64,000 bases of DNA, taken from positions 42,284,001-42,348,000 of the forward strand of contig OX597834.1 of the NCBI GenBank assembly GCA_951406725.2. Direction: 5' to 3'. Source of the stretch: Octopus vulgaris (lineage: Eukaryota). Every line of letters begins with the position of its first letter. The first letter of the stretch is position 1. This document shows, piece after piece, positions 13,095-25,107 of the stretch. The notes beneath the pieces are model-generated. The model was not told the origin of the DNA and ran no database searches. It saw only the letters and a program-made list of their open reading frames with translations. The translations under genes were made by a program, and so were the position numbers.

Positions 13095-13372
13095 GACCCC
13101 GGCGGAATTTGAACTCAGAACGTAGCGGCAGACAAAATACCTATTTCTTTATTGCCCACAAGGGGCTAAACACAGAGTGGACAAACAAGGACAGACAAAC
13201 GCATTAAGTTGATTATATCGACCCCAGTGCGCAACTGGTAGTTATTTAATCGACCCCGAAAGGATGAAAAGCAAAGTCGACCTCGGCGGAACTTGAATTC
13301 AGAACGTAACGGCAGACGAAATACCGCTAGGCATTTCGCCCGGCGTGCTAACGTTTCTGCCAGCTCGCCGCA
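13095..13372 (-). mobile_element. SINE family B monomer plus partial tandem second unit
   Basis: Full unit 13142-13372 joined to a head-truncated unit at junction 13141/13142. Confidence 0.9.
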
Positions 13373-13603
13373 TTTTGCCGATGTAAAATATCGATCGATA
13401 AAAAGTGTCTGTATTAAACTAATGAGTGACTGTATTGTTAAGATGTTTGTTTCGAAATCACGTGTTTCTTGGTTCATTCGCCTTGTGCGGTACCCATCTA
13501 CCGTAGTTTTGAGTGAACCAAGGCCTTATGATTAAAATTCGCTCGACAGAGACTGTGCGGAACCATGTTGCATGAAATGTATAACATGATGTGTTCACTT
13601 CAT

Positions 13604-13691
13604 TTTAAATAGTTAAGCTACAGTTAGCAAGCTTTAAACTGATGTATTCATTTCAATTTTGAGCGTGTTAACTGTAGCTTAACTATTTAAA
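13604..13691. repeat. 39-bp-arm hairpin / inverted repeat
   Basis: tttaaatagttaagctacagtta... (13604-13642) versus ...taactgtagcttaactatttaaa (13653-13691). Confidence 0.88.
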
Positions 13692-13871
13692 TAGCACTTT
13701 ACTGTAGTTTTTCTTGTGGATTGAGGAATGTGATTATACTTACCCTCTGATGAGTGGTTAACGAACTGTGAGACGTGTAATGACATTCGCATTTACTTTT
13801 CTGTGTAAGAATAGAATGTGTGTGTGTACATGTGCGTGTGTGTGGTTTGTCAATGTAAATAACCGAGAGAT

Positions 13872-14435
13872 GTTGTCCGGAAAGTTCGTGCCGATTTATA
13901 GTAGCTAACCTTTCTACTTATTTTAGAACAGGGTTGAGTCCATAAAACAAGATTTGACTACATCTCCATTTAGATCACAGTTTAAGCTATCTTTTCGTGG
14001 AAGAAGGTTTATGTCCCTATAACCTGTGTTAATTCTGTAACCCTTTAAAATGGAAGATAAGAAAGTTCATTTTCGGCACTTGATGCTTTGGGAACCAGAC
14101 AAAAATTGCTGCAGCTCGGCTGGGATGTGTTACCTCACCCTCCATATTCACCAAAGATTGCTCCTTCGGATTTCCACTTATTCAGGTCTCTGCAGAATAG
14201 TCTTAATGGTAAAAATTTCAATTCATTGGATGACGCAAAAATATACCTTGATGAATTCTTTGCCATGAAACCACCTCAGTTCTGGGAAGAGGGTATTTTC
14301 AAGTTAAAGGAAAGATGGAGACGCATTGTGCAACAAAATGGTTCACATTTGGTTGATTAAAAATGTAATGGCAAGTATTTGTTGACCTGTATCTTTCTTT
14401 TAAAAATCGGCACGAACTTTCCGGACAACCTAATA
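13872..14435 (+). mobile_element. Internally deleted mariner (mellifera-subfamily-like), copy 1
   Basis: TIRs gttgtccggaaagttcgtgccgattt and aaatcggcacgaactttccggacaacctaaTA. N-terminus MEDKKVHFRHLMLWE fused to C-terminus TRQKLLQLGWDVLPHPPYSPKIAPSDFHLFRSLQN...RWRRIVQQNG (YSPDLAPSD-type motif). Confidence 0.95.
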
Positions 14436-14724
14436 CATACATATGTACATACGTATGTATGTACGTCTGTAATACATAAACGAATGTACATGCGTACAAA
14501 TATTCTTCATTAAATACACGACGTTCAAGTTTCATCTTTTTACTTTAGATTTTTTTCATATATTCCTATTAGCATTTTACAGTTCGTCCTGGAAAATCGA
14601 ATCTCTGAATTCATATCCGACGTTTCTAGAACTTCGCAGTCTCATTTTCAAGAATTAAATACATTTGGCATATGTGATGTTAGTTTGTTTGTATGTGTGT
14701 TCGACAAATATCCTTTCTGCTATA

Positions 14725-14862
14725 GACACAAGGCTTCAGATTTGTGGGAAGGAGTCTAGGTAAAGTTGACCGCGGCGGAATTTGAACTCACAACATAAAG
14801 ACGGGACGAAATTCCAATAAGAATTGTGTCCGGCGTGCTAATGATTGTGTTAGCTCGTCGTC
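14725..14862 (-). mobile_element. Old degenerate SINE family B copy
   Basis: ggcggaatttgaactca...cggcgtgctaatgattgtgttagctcg. Confidence 0.7.
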
Positions 14863-15007
14863 TTATATACTCGACGAATATGCAATGATAAAATAAATGG
14901 GAGACAGAAATAAGTTGCGGGGTGGATACCCGAGATTAAAATCGAAACGCTAACAGTCACTGCCCTAACACCGATACTATAACACACACGGACATACACG
15001 TAGTCGT

Positions 15008-15041
<34 letters not shown>

Positions 15042-15042
15042 A

Positions 15043-15235
15043 TTTGGACAGCTGGACGCCAGGCGCCGCAGTCAGAGGCAAGCGATTTCCCAACTGTGGG
15101 CTGAAATGTCGCAGTCCTCAAAGGAAGTTTTCAGGCTGTCCTTGTATAGCCTCAGTGGCCTTCCAGGGTTTCTTGCTCCAGAAGCCAGCTCAGAAAAGAA
15201 GATCATCTTTGAGAAGCCAGCCCAGAGAAGAAGAC
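15043..15235 (-). pseudogene. RTE-clade LINE ORF C-terminal fragment
   Basis: Minus frame KMIFFSELASGARNPGRPLRLYKDSLKTSFEDCDISAHSWE is homologous to KQLFYGQLTNSSRPTGRPLLRYKDKQRDNLKRCDIALSSWE in the 22.1-kb ORF. Confidence 0.85.
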
Positions 15236-15396
15236 ACATACATACATACATACATACATACATACATACATACATACATACATACATACACACATACATC
15301 ACGGGTTCCTTTCAGTTTCCGTCAAGCCAAATCCACTCACAAGTCCTTGGTTTGCCCAAAGCTATAGCAGAAGATACAAAATGAGTTTGTGTTTGA

Positions 15397-15427
<31 letters not shown>

Positions 15428-15885
15428 CCTGTGTGTGTGTGTGTGTATGTAAGTGTTTGTGATTTAGTAAGCGTGTATTCAGAATACTGCAGTACTAAAT
15501 TAAAGCTTACTACCATAACGACGTATCACATTGTCTTTAAATGATTAATCAGCGCGGTTTCATTTTACAGTCACAAATTTTCTTCGTCACATCACGTGAT
15601 TCAATAGTTTATTACATTTATTTATTACACTTTCATAATTAAAGACATTAATAATATTTGGCTGCTATTTCTCATTTTCTGATTTGTTTTTTTTCTTTAA
15701 AAAAAAAATTAAAGGCAAACAGCAAATTTAAAGAAAAATGTATAAGTAGTAAAAAAAGAGGGGGGAACGGGATTTCGCTGACTTGCTCATGCGTAGAGCA
15801 TTAAGCTATCGGCTTATGGAAGGTACAGCTAATTACCACGAGCGTAGGCGTTGTATTGTAAGTTTTGAAGTCTCGTATATCTTAT

Positions 15886-15946
<61 letters not shown>

Positions 15947-15948
15947 TG

Positions 15949-15993
<45 letters not shown>

Positions 15994-16015
15994 ATATATA
16001 TATATATATATGATG

Positions 16016-16075
<60 letters not shown>

Positions 16076-16377
16076 AGTGTGTGTGTGTATACACATATGT
16101 GTATATGCAAATATATATATATATATATACAGCTGTCAGTCTGTCTGTCTGTCTGTCTATCTACCTTTCTATTTTTCTATCAATCTATCTATCTATCTAA
16201 GTTTGTGTGTGAGAATGTGCTTATATGTATTTATATATATGTGGATACGTACACGAAGTTATACCTATGTTTGTGAGTATATATGTATATATATCTGTAT
16301 ATATATGTATATAATTTTTTTTTTCAGAATAAAAAAAAGAACCAAAGCTGCGAAGATTTTAGAACATTTATAAATAG

Positions 16378-16429
16378 GTCTTACAGCTGTTTCCAAGATA
16401 TTTATTAATTATATCCTTTCATCGGAGAC
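16378..16429 (-). ncRNA. Minimal hammerhead-like motif with palindromic stem III (U4C core variant)
   Basis: Minus strand reads gtct-CCGATGA-aaggatat aattaataa atatcttg-GAAAC-agct-GTA^agac. Confidence 0.6.
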
Positions 16430-16439
16430 GGTGTGAAAA

Positions 16440-16620
16440 AAAAAAGACGAAGACAGGTGAAAGAACAACAACCAGGTGTAATAGTTTAACCCTCGGGAAG
16501 AATGGAAATGTCTTTTTTACATTTCGAGCTTACGCTCCTCGACAGAAAGGAATAAGAGGAAGAAAAGCAAAAAAAAAAAAAAAAGGGAGACCGAAAAAAA
16601 TGTGTAGGGCTTAACGGTTA
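16440..16620 (-). mobile_element. Repeat family P1, copy 2
   Basis: Similar to 2417-2608 and 40420-40612. Confidence 0.6.
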
Positions 16621-16808
16621 TGTGTAGGGCTTATGCGAATGTACAAAATATTGCCTTGGTAATTGATTAATGACCAAAAGAAAGTGGGAAAACAGATGAA
16701 AACAAATGAATGGGAGGCGAGGTATGGGTAGATCAGCGTTAATTATTTTGTCGATGCTGTAGCTAATGATGTGGAGGATACTGAAGATTATGGTGGTGAT
16801 GATGACGC

Positions 16809-16901
16809 TTGGCACCTTGGGCAAGTGTCTTCTACTATAGCCTCGGGCCAGCCAAAGCCTTGTGAGTGGATTTGGTAGACGGAAGCTGAAAGAAGCCCGT
16901 C

Positions 16902-16969
<68 letters not shown>

Positions 16970-17212
16970 TATGTATGTGGGTGTATATGTTTGTGTATCT
17001 GTTTGTACCACCGCCCAAACATCGCTTGACAACCGATGCTGGTGTGTTTACGTCCCCGTAACTTAGCGGTTCGGCAAAAAGGACCGATAGAATAAGTTCT
17101 AGGCTTACAAAGAATAAGTCCTGGGGTCGATTCGATTCGACTAAAGGCGGTGCTCCAGCATGGTCGTAGTCAAATGACTGAAACAAGCAAAAGAGTAAAG
17201 AGTTAAAAAGAG
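16809..17212 (+). mobile_element. SINE family A, 5'-truncated, with internal (TA)n and complete tail
   Basis: Core, then (TA)n, then catcgcttgacaaccgatgctgg...ggcggtgctccagcatgg...gactgaaacaag..aaaagag. Confidence 0.9.
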
Positions 17213-17749
17213 TATATATACGACGGGCTTCTTTTGTTTCCGTTTACCGATTCCACTCACGAGGCTTTGGTCCGCCCTGGCTGGGAACCAAACAACTTCC
17301 TACACATCCACGCCTGCTTCTATTCATTCTTTTTTATTACACATACTTTCACAGAAAAAATACAAAACCTCAGATTAATCAACAACAACATCTATCTACA
17401 TCATCTGCCAAACTAATGCTGTCAGTTGATATATTCTGTGTAAATGAAAATAAATTTTGCTTCCTACATTAAAACTATGACATGTGTTGTTTAAAGTAAA
17501 ACATATATATCACCTTTTAATATTACTTCTGATATAACACTTAGATATTTGAAATAAGTGTTTTTATCAACGAAAACTGTACTCACTCACACACACACAC
17601 ACACACACAGGCACAAACACATGTATACACATACAAAGGCGCGTGTGTTAATGCATACATATAAATACACACACACACACACACACATCTGTAAATATAG
17701 ATGTATGTATATATATATGTATATATATATATGAAACAAAGTCATGTTG

Positions 17750-17805
<56 letters not shown>

Positions 17806-17949
17806 TTATATATATATATAACAATAATAGGGAGTATAACTCCAAACTTACAGGGAGAAATTTAATTTAGTATTAAATAAAATTTCACAGTATAAATATA
17901 TAAAATATGAATTAGCGTTTGAGGTGCATAATAGTGGTTTTATCTCTAA

Positions 17950-18026
<77 letters not shown>

Positions 18027-18029
18027 ATG

Positions 18030-18205
18030 TTTGTGTGTCTGTGTTTGTCCCCCCAACATCGCTTGACAACCATCACTTAGCGGTTCGGCAAGAGAGACCG
18101 ATAGAATAAGTACTAGTTTTACAAAGAATAAGTCCTAGGGTCGATTTGCTCGACTAAAGGCGGTGCTCCAGCACGGTCGCAGTCAAATGACTGAAGCAAA
18201 TAAAC
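18030..18205 (+). mobile_element. SINE family A tail module
   Basis: Matches 17000-17200. Confidence 0.85.
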
Positions 18206-18211
18206 GATTAA

Positions 18212-18272
<61 letters not shown>

Positions 18273-19039
18273 TATCATACAGAGACACATATATAAAGGT
18301 ATGATTACTTTCCATCGACGTAGTCAAAATGAATATGGAGAAGAAAACGGGCGCTTTAAAGATGGCCGCTGTTTAAACGAGATACGAAACTCAGTATTAA
18401 GAACATTTGGTACTTTACTCTTCGTCGTCTTATCATTTTTCTTTGGATAGGCAACACTGAGGTGACTCTCCGTACTTCTCTTTCTTTCTCTCTTGACACA
18501 CACACATACACACGCACACAAATACACTTATAAGGAACGTATTTACGCATATAGGTTAATATCCATATCAATTTAATTATCTATCTACGTATATATTTCG
18601 TATATGTACATGTGTGTGTCTGTGTCTGTGTGTGTGTGCGTATATGTACAAATGTACGTAGTATCTTGGTATGCATGCACTTGTACTGATGTCTGGCAGA
18701 ACCATTAGAGCTTCGAGTAGAAGGTCTCACGATACTTCTTCCGTTCCTCTGCGGCGCTCAGTCTTTCAATGAGATCAACTCTGCCTTTCCTTCTTAGAGA
18801 AACGTCTTTCACCTTAGCTCTGTGTCGTTCAATTTTCGTTCCGTGAATTTAATAGACAGAAATTGCTGACACACGCACATCATTATATCTATATACATCC
18901 CCATTCTCAACCCATTCTCTGTGTACACACACACACACACACACACACACCTAATATAAGCATATATATATATAAAATTCTATAATTATGAGCATATGTA
19001 TTGCTGTCTGGGAGATATCTTATAGAAGTAGAATGGTAT

Positions 19040-19218
19040 TTTAACTGCTATTTCTAAATTTCGGTTTGTGGTGAAGCAAATTTTGCTGAACCCTAATTAT
19101 AATTATGCTCATAATTATAGAATTTTTCTATAAGTTTACCGATAATGGTCCTTTTAACATACCGAACTACTTGCTAAGATTATTAATTATTAATGGATTA
19201 ATCAATTTTACCCGTTAT
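19040..19218 (+). mobile_element. Repeat family P2 copy (ttttgctgaaccctaattataattat...)
   Basis: Aligns with 21812-22010, 40330-40385 and the reverse complement of 54765-54893. Confidence 0.7.
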
Positions 19219-19277
19219 TATATATATATATATCTATATATTGCATAAAAATGTGTGTATATATATATGTATACACA

Positions 19278-19306
<29 letters not shown>

Positions 19307-19308
<2 letters not shown>

Positions 19309-19571
19309 GCGTGGCTGTGTGGTAAGAAAATTCCTTCTCGACAACATGGTTCCGGGTTCAGTCCCACTGCGTGGCACCTTGGGCAGATGTCTTCTGCTAT
19401 AGCCTCGGGTCGACCAAAGCGTTGTGAGAGGATTTGGTTGACGGAAACTGAAAGAAGCCCATTGTATATATATATATATATATATAAATACACACACACA
19501 TATATATATTTACGTGTGTGTGTCTTTGTCCCTCTCACCATTGTCTTCTATTGCGTTTTTGTTCCATTTTA

Positions 19572-19618
<47 letters not shown>

Positions 19619-20025
19619 GTGTGGCTGTGGGGTAAGAAGCTTGCTTCCCAATCACATAGTTCCTGGTTCAGCCCCTCTGTGTAGCACCTTGGTCGAAAAT
19701 ATACTTTACGTCTTCGGGCCGACCAAAGTCTTGTAAGTGAATTTGGTAGACGAAAACTGAAAGAAGCCCGTCGGATATGCATGGGTGCGTATGTATGTGT
19801 GTGCGTGTGTGTGCTTGCGGATGTTTTGTGTCTGTGTTTCTCCTCTACCTTGTTGGTGTGTTTATGTCCCCCTAACATAGAAGTTCGGCCAATGAAGCCG
19901 GTAGAATAATCACTAAGTCTAAAAAAAGAAGTACTTGGTTCGATTCATTGAATTAAAATATTCTTCAGAGCAGTGCCCCAGCATGGCCACAGTCTCATGA
20001 CTGAAACATGTAAAGGGTAAAATCT
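19307..20025 (+). mobile_element. Two successive SINE family A copies (19307-19465 head; 19617-20025 degenerate full length)
   Basis: Family A head, core and tail motifs. Confidence 0.8.
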
Positions 20026-20039
20026 AGAAGATATATATA

Positions 20040-20138
<99 letters not shown>

Positions 20139-20205
20139 ATGTATGTATATACCAATAAGGAGCAAATATTCAGGAATGAATATTTATAAAGATATTATTA
20201 ATAGA

Positions 20206-20305
<100 letters not shown>

Positions 20306-20485
20306 TGGAATATAAATAGTTAATAATACTGTTGATTTTCTGTCGTAATTTTTAGTATTATTATTGGTGTTTTAAACGAGTGCTTTAACTCTTATTTCTA
20401 TCAGGGTGGCGCATTTGTGAGTCCCTATTGACATATATATAGGTACAGACACACACACACATATGTACATACATATATATGCATA

Positions 20486-20557
<72 letters not shown>

Positions 20558-21345
20558 TATGCATATATATATGTATATATATATGTATATATATATATAT
20601 ATATACCTACATACATACACACACACAGAGTATAATATATATATAATCATTTTGCTTCTATTCATACGCACACGCACTATGTGTGAGTGTGTGTGTGTAT
20701 GTGTGTGTGTGCGTGCGCATAGAAGCAAAGTGATTTCTGGTCAATATTTAGGCGATACATATGCGGTGTATATTTTGCCAGATATTTATGTTATGTTGTT
20801 GATAACTCATTAAGCTGTGTTGATTCGGGAATCTAATAAAATATATTTAATTAAATGAAATAGAAACCTCGAGTCCCGCTGACAAGGGAAGTAATACGAT
20901 CTATTTGATTAATCGGCTCATGACATTCAATAAAAAATAAGGAGTTAAGGACGTCAGAATAGAAAATTACAAAAAAAAAAAAGAAAAACAAGAAAAAAAA
21001 AGAAGCAAAAATGAAAATAAATGTCTTGATTAGTTAAATTAATGGAAACTGATGTCCGTGCTACTAAGAAAGCTTAGTAAGTCATCACGTCGCTTCAGGT
21101 TCGATCCCACTTCACAACAGCTGTAATGTGAAATGTATTCTGCGCTTCCCTCGTCGCTGCAAATAATATATATATATATATAGGTGAATGAATTATCCTA
21201 TGTTTATCGTCAGCATAGAAAATGCACCCTTTATTCCTTTGGAATGAAAACATGTTGTCTTCGAAACATATGTCGAGAGTAAAGGAATTTTGTTAACATC
21301 TTCGTTCGACTCCATTCTTTCATTTATATATATATATATATATAT

Positions 21346-21618
21346 ATCACCGTTATCACCGTGACCGACCAGGCCATCAGATGTTGCTAAACATCGCTGG
21401 TCACAATGCGCTTCGCATTGTTTTGGCCTTCAAATGGCGCCACCCCGCTGGCTAAGCGAGCAGGCCAACAGAAGAATGAGTGAGAGAAAGCTGTGGCGAA
21501 AGAGTACAGCAGGGATCGCCACCACCCCCTACCAGAGCCTCGTAGAGCTTTAGGTGTTTTGGCTCACAACGCCCGGTCTGGGAATCGAAACCGCGATCCT
21601 ACGACCGCGAGTCCGCTG

Positions 21619-21622
<4 letters not shown>
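21346..21622 (-). mobile_element. SINE family C, tail type 2
   Basis: Head/core as in 8947-9220 (gagaaag.tgtggcgaaagagtaca.caggg; acaacgcccggtctg.gaatcgaaaccgcgatcct); different distal part. Confidence 0.85.
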
Positions 21623-21674
<52 letters not shown>

Positions 21675-21699
21675 ATATATATGTATATATATTACTTTT

Positions 21700-22010
21700 T
21701 ATAATTAGGGTTCAGCAAAAGAATTTGCTTTGCTACATACCGAACTTTTAGAAATAGCAGCCAAAGAACTAAGCTATTTCTTCTACAATAAGAAGAATCT
21801 TCCAGACAACGTAGTTCTTTGGCTGCTATTTCTAAAAGTTCGGTATGTGGCAAAGCAAATTCTTTTTGCTGAACCCTAATTATAATTATACTCATAATTA
21901 TAAAGAGTAATGTTTAAGTTTACCGAAAACGGTCCTTTTAACATGCTGAACACAACTTGGTGGAATTATTAATTACTAATTAATTAATTAATTTTATCCT
22001 TTATTATTAT
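21700..22010. mobile_element. Repeat family P2 with ~72-bp inverted arms (21700-21771 and 21812-21884)
   Basis: tataattagggttcagcaaaagaatttgctttgc.acataccgaacttttagaaatagcagccaaagaacta and its reverse complement 40 bp downstream. Confidence 0.85.
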
Positions 22011-22063
22011 TGATATATATATATATATATATTATTATTATATATATATATATATATATATAT

Positions 22064-23092
22064 TGCTGATGTCTGTGCTCTTGTCACCCATAGTCTTGAG
22101 GACATGCAGATCATCATCAATAGCTTCTCTGATGCATGTAAGGCCTTTGGTCTTACAATTAGCATAACGAAAACTGAACTTATTCACCAGCCGAAACCAA
22201 ACTCTTCGCCCTCTTCACAACCAGTGGTATATGCTGATGGTAAAGCTTTGAAAACAGTATCTTCTTTTACATACCTCGGCTCTATTGTGTCTGATGATGC
22301 AAAATTTGAAAAAGATATCCAAAACAGAATCAATAAAGCAAGTGAAGCATTTGGTAGGTTGCGACACAGACTCTGGAACAGCCACGATGTGTCTCTGAAA
22401 GTAAAAGTAGCAGTCTACAAATCTATTGTTCTATCTACTCTTCTGTATGGTGCCGAAACGTGGACCTTGTATCGCAAGCATATCAATAAGCTTGATTCCT
22501 TCCATATGAGATGTCTGCGTTCTATTTGCAATGTTAAATGGCAAGATCGTGTTCGAAATAGTGAGTTACTGGATAGGTGTGAGATCACTGGTATTGAAAC
22601 ATTTTTGATTAAGATACAAATGCGGTGGTCTGGTCATCTCGTAAGAATGGATGACTCAAGAGTTCCAAAGCAGCTTTTTTATGGGCAATTGACCAATTCT
22701 TCCCGCCCAACAGGGCGTCCTCTTCTTCGTTACAAGGACAAACAAAGAGACAATCTGAAGCGTTGTGACATTGCTCTGAGCTCCTGGGAGAGTGCAGTAA
22801 CCGCCTTCGCCATAGGGACGCCCTTCGTGCAAATTTGAAAGCAACGCATCAGCAAAATCCACCAAACAATGATTGTGTGTGTCACTGTGGGTTCAAAGCA
22901 CGAAGCAAAGCTGGGTTAGCTGTCCACCCGAGAAGACATTTTGAACCAACGAATACATGCAGGTGTACCATTTGCGAGAAAGTGTGCAAGACATCTGCTG
23001 GATTGAAGGTACACATGCGGTGTCACAGGGCTTAGGAATTGTTGAAGGTTATTTGCTGAACCCTCATTCATCGTCTTCGATGAGAGAATCCA

Positions 23093-23094
<2 letters not shown>
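22064..23094 (+). mobile_element. 5'-truncated RTE-clade (BovB-like) LINE
   Basis: Begins at the remnant of the RT YADD motif (ADVCAL). ORF 22104-22838 contains FGLTISITKTE, FTYLGS, RINKASEAFGRL, LLYGAETWT, FHMRCLRSI, RWSGHLVRM..R.PKQLFYG. Frameshifted C2H2-type zinc fingers at 22835-23035; flanked by (TA)n on both sides. Confidence 0.95.
22104..22838 (+). pseudogene. RTE reverse transcriptase C-terminal region (truncated)
   Basis: 244-aa ORF with RTE post-YADD motifs; lacks endonuclease and the N-terminal half of RT. Confidence 0.93.
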
Positions 23095-23121
<27 letters not shown>

Positions 23122-23123
<2 letters not shown>

Positions 23124-23382
23124 CGATAGGCTTCTTTCAGTTTCCGTCTCGGTCACTGTGTTTGTCTTCTCCCACCGCGCTTGTCAGAACAAACCAACAC
23201 CAGTTATCAAAGAAATGGGCGCACACATATAGTTTCCATCTGCTAAACTCACTCACAATGCATTTGCTGGCCCAAGTCTATGGTGGAAGATATCTACTCA
23301 ATGCATCGCCCTGTGGAACTGAACCCGAGGTCATGAGGCTGCACAGCGATCGTCTTTACCATACCCGCCATACGTGCGCCTA
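23122..23382 (-). mobile_element. Degenerate SINE family A pieces
   Basis: ggcttctttcagtttccgtct; ggaactgaacccgag; cttaccatacccgccatac. Confidence 0.65.
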
Positions 23383-23451
23383 TACACAAATATGGACATT
23401 TTAAAAACAAACCTCAATAAAAGACTAAACGCAAACGGTAACATCCTAAAT

Positions 23452-23493
<42 letters not shown>

Positions 23494-23776
23494 TATACAC
23501 GTACAAGTACACATATGCGCACCGCGTGCGTGCGCACGCGCGAACAGGCACGAATATTCGCACATTCACACATAACACCTATATACATATGTACACATAC
23601 GTGAAATCAAATAATTTCCCGAGCGACCCCTTCTGCATGATTAACAAATATTTAAGTACAGGCTACCATATTTGAAGTGGGGAGGGGGGACTAAAAATAA
23701 TATGTAATTATCTGAAATTATAGCACTAACGAGAAAAAGTCATTAGCTCGCACCCCGGTTTCATATATATATATGT

Positions 23777-23814
<38 letters not shown>

Positions 23815-24044
23815 TCATTAAATTTTCTTGATTTTATCCCTTAATTGTATATATAATAATGTAACAAACGAAGGAAAAAATTCCTTCAACGGGGAGTAAA
23901 ACATCCAATTCACCGGTGCGTAAGTTCGATACCAGAGAAATAGGAATGTAAATACAAAATACAAACAGTAAATTAAACAGAGAAATACAATTGACAATCT
24001 AACGATTTATTTATAATATAATATAATATAATATATATCGTGAA

Positions 24045-24880
24045 GTATATTTGCTACTTAAATGTGGCTAACCCCTAAGGATGGATGCTAATGTAGCTTG
24101 TAGCCCCAGGAGGCCACCACCTCCATCTGGCTATTGACACACTTTCTGTGCCCTGTTGGTATTTGCAAAGGGAAGTCCTCCTTCCTATCTCCTCCAGCCT
24201 GGCGTGATACACACGGACCCGAGTTTCTGGATAGTGACCCGTTATCAGCGTGTGACAGTCACCGGTTTCCTCTTTATTATAGGCACAAGACCTGGATACA
24301 GAGGAGACACACACAAACATGCGGGAACAAAAACAAACATATGAAAGAATGAATTACAATGAATTAAATTATAATGAATATGAGACGCTTTTCTCGGCCC
24401 CGCTCCGAGACGAAACCGCGATTTCTTTTTTACAATTAAACGTTCTTACAGTCTTTTCTTTTTTTCCTTTTGTAGCTTGTTATTTTTCTTAGTCTTTTTT
24501 GTATCTTTTTTCTTCTTTTTTCTTTATACATTTTAACTTTCTATTTTCCTCGTTATTTTTCTATGAAGTACAAATTTTACTTACTTATTTTTAAATGTTC
24601 ATAAAGGGTTTCAAATCTTCTAATTCCACGACCGGCGGGAGCTCGTCAAACTCGACTTCAACCCCCAGCGGGTCTATGAAAAGTCCATACATCTCTCTTA
24701 ATTTCAAAAGTCTCTCTTTATCGATGACTACTCCTTTTGTGTATTCCGGATATTTTCCTGGCGGCAGCTTCACCCCTATTTTCCGATTTGAATTTTAAAA
24801 TCGTTTTCTCTATTTCTTTACTTTTGGAATAGGTGACTAAATGCCACTTATATCTCTTCCTTTTCACTTCTACTTGCTTC
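24045..24880 (-). mobile_element. Probable retroelement fragment with ORF remnant (24591-24794)
   Basis: Complex-composition peptide IGVKLPPGKYPEYTKGVVIDKERLLKLREMYGLFIDPLGVEVEFDELPPVVELEDLKPFMNI; 24045-24195 is repeated at 52275-52412. Confidence 0.5.
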
Positions 24881-24902
24881 GTTTATTCTCCGTTTATTCT
24901 CC

Positions 24903-25068
24903 GATGGTGGTGTATTTACATCCCCGTAACTTAGCGGTTCGGCAAAAGAGACCGATAGAATAAGTACTGGGCTTCCAAAGAATAAGTTCTGGGGTCGATT
25001 TGCTCGACTAACGCCGGTGCTCCAGCATAGCCGCAGTCAAATGACTGAAACAAGTAAAAGAGTAAAGA
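24903..25068 (+). mobile_element. SINE family A tail module
   Basis: Matches 17030-17200. Confidence 0.85.
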
Positions 25069-25107
25069 GCACATACATGCACGAACTCTTGTTGGTTTCA
25101 AATGTTG

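Noticed and set aside
24060-24140. HDV-like ribozyme around ggcctcctggggc (minus strand)
   Set aside because: Could not build the P1/P1.1/P2 nested pseudoknot; a simple hairpin explains the pairing
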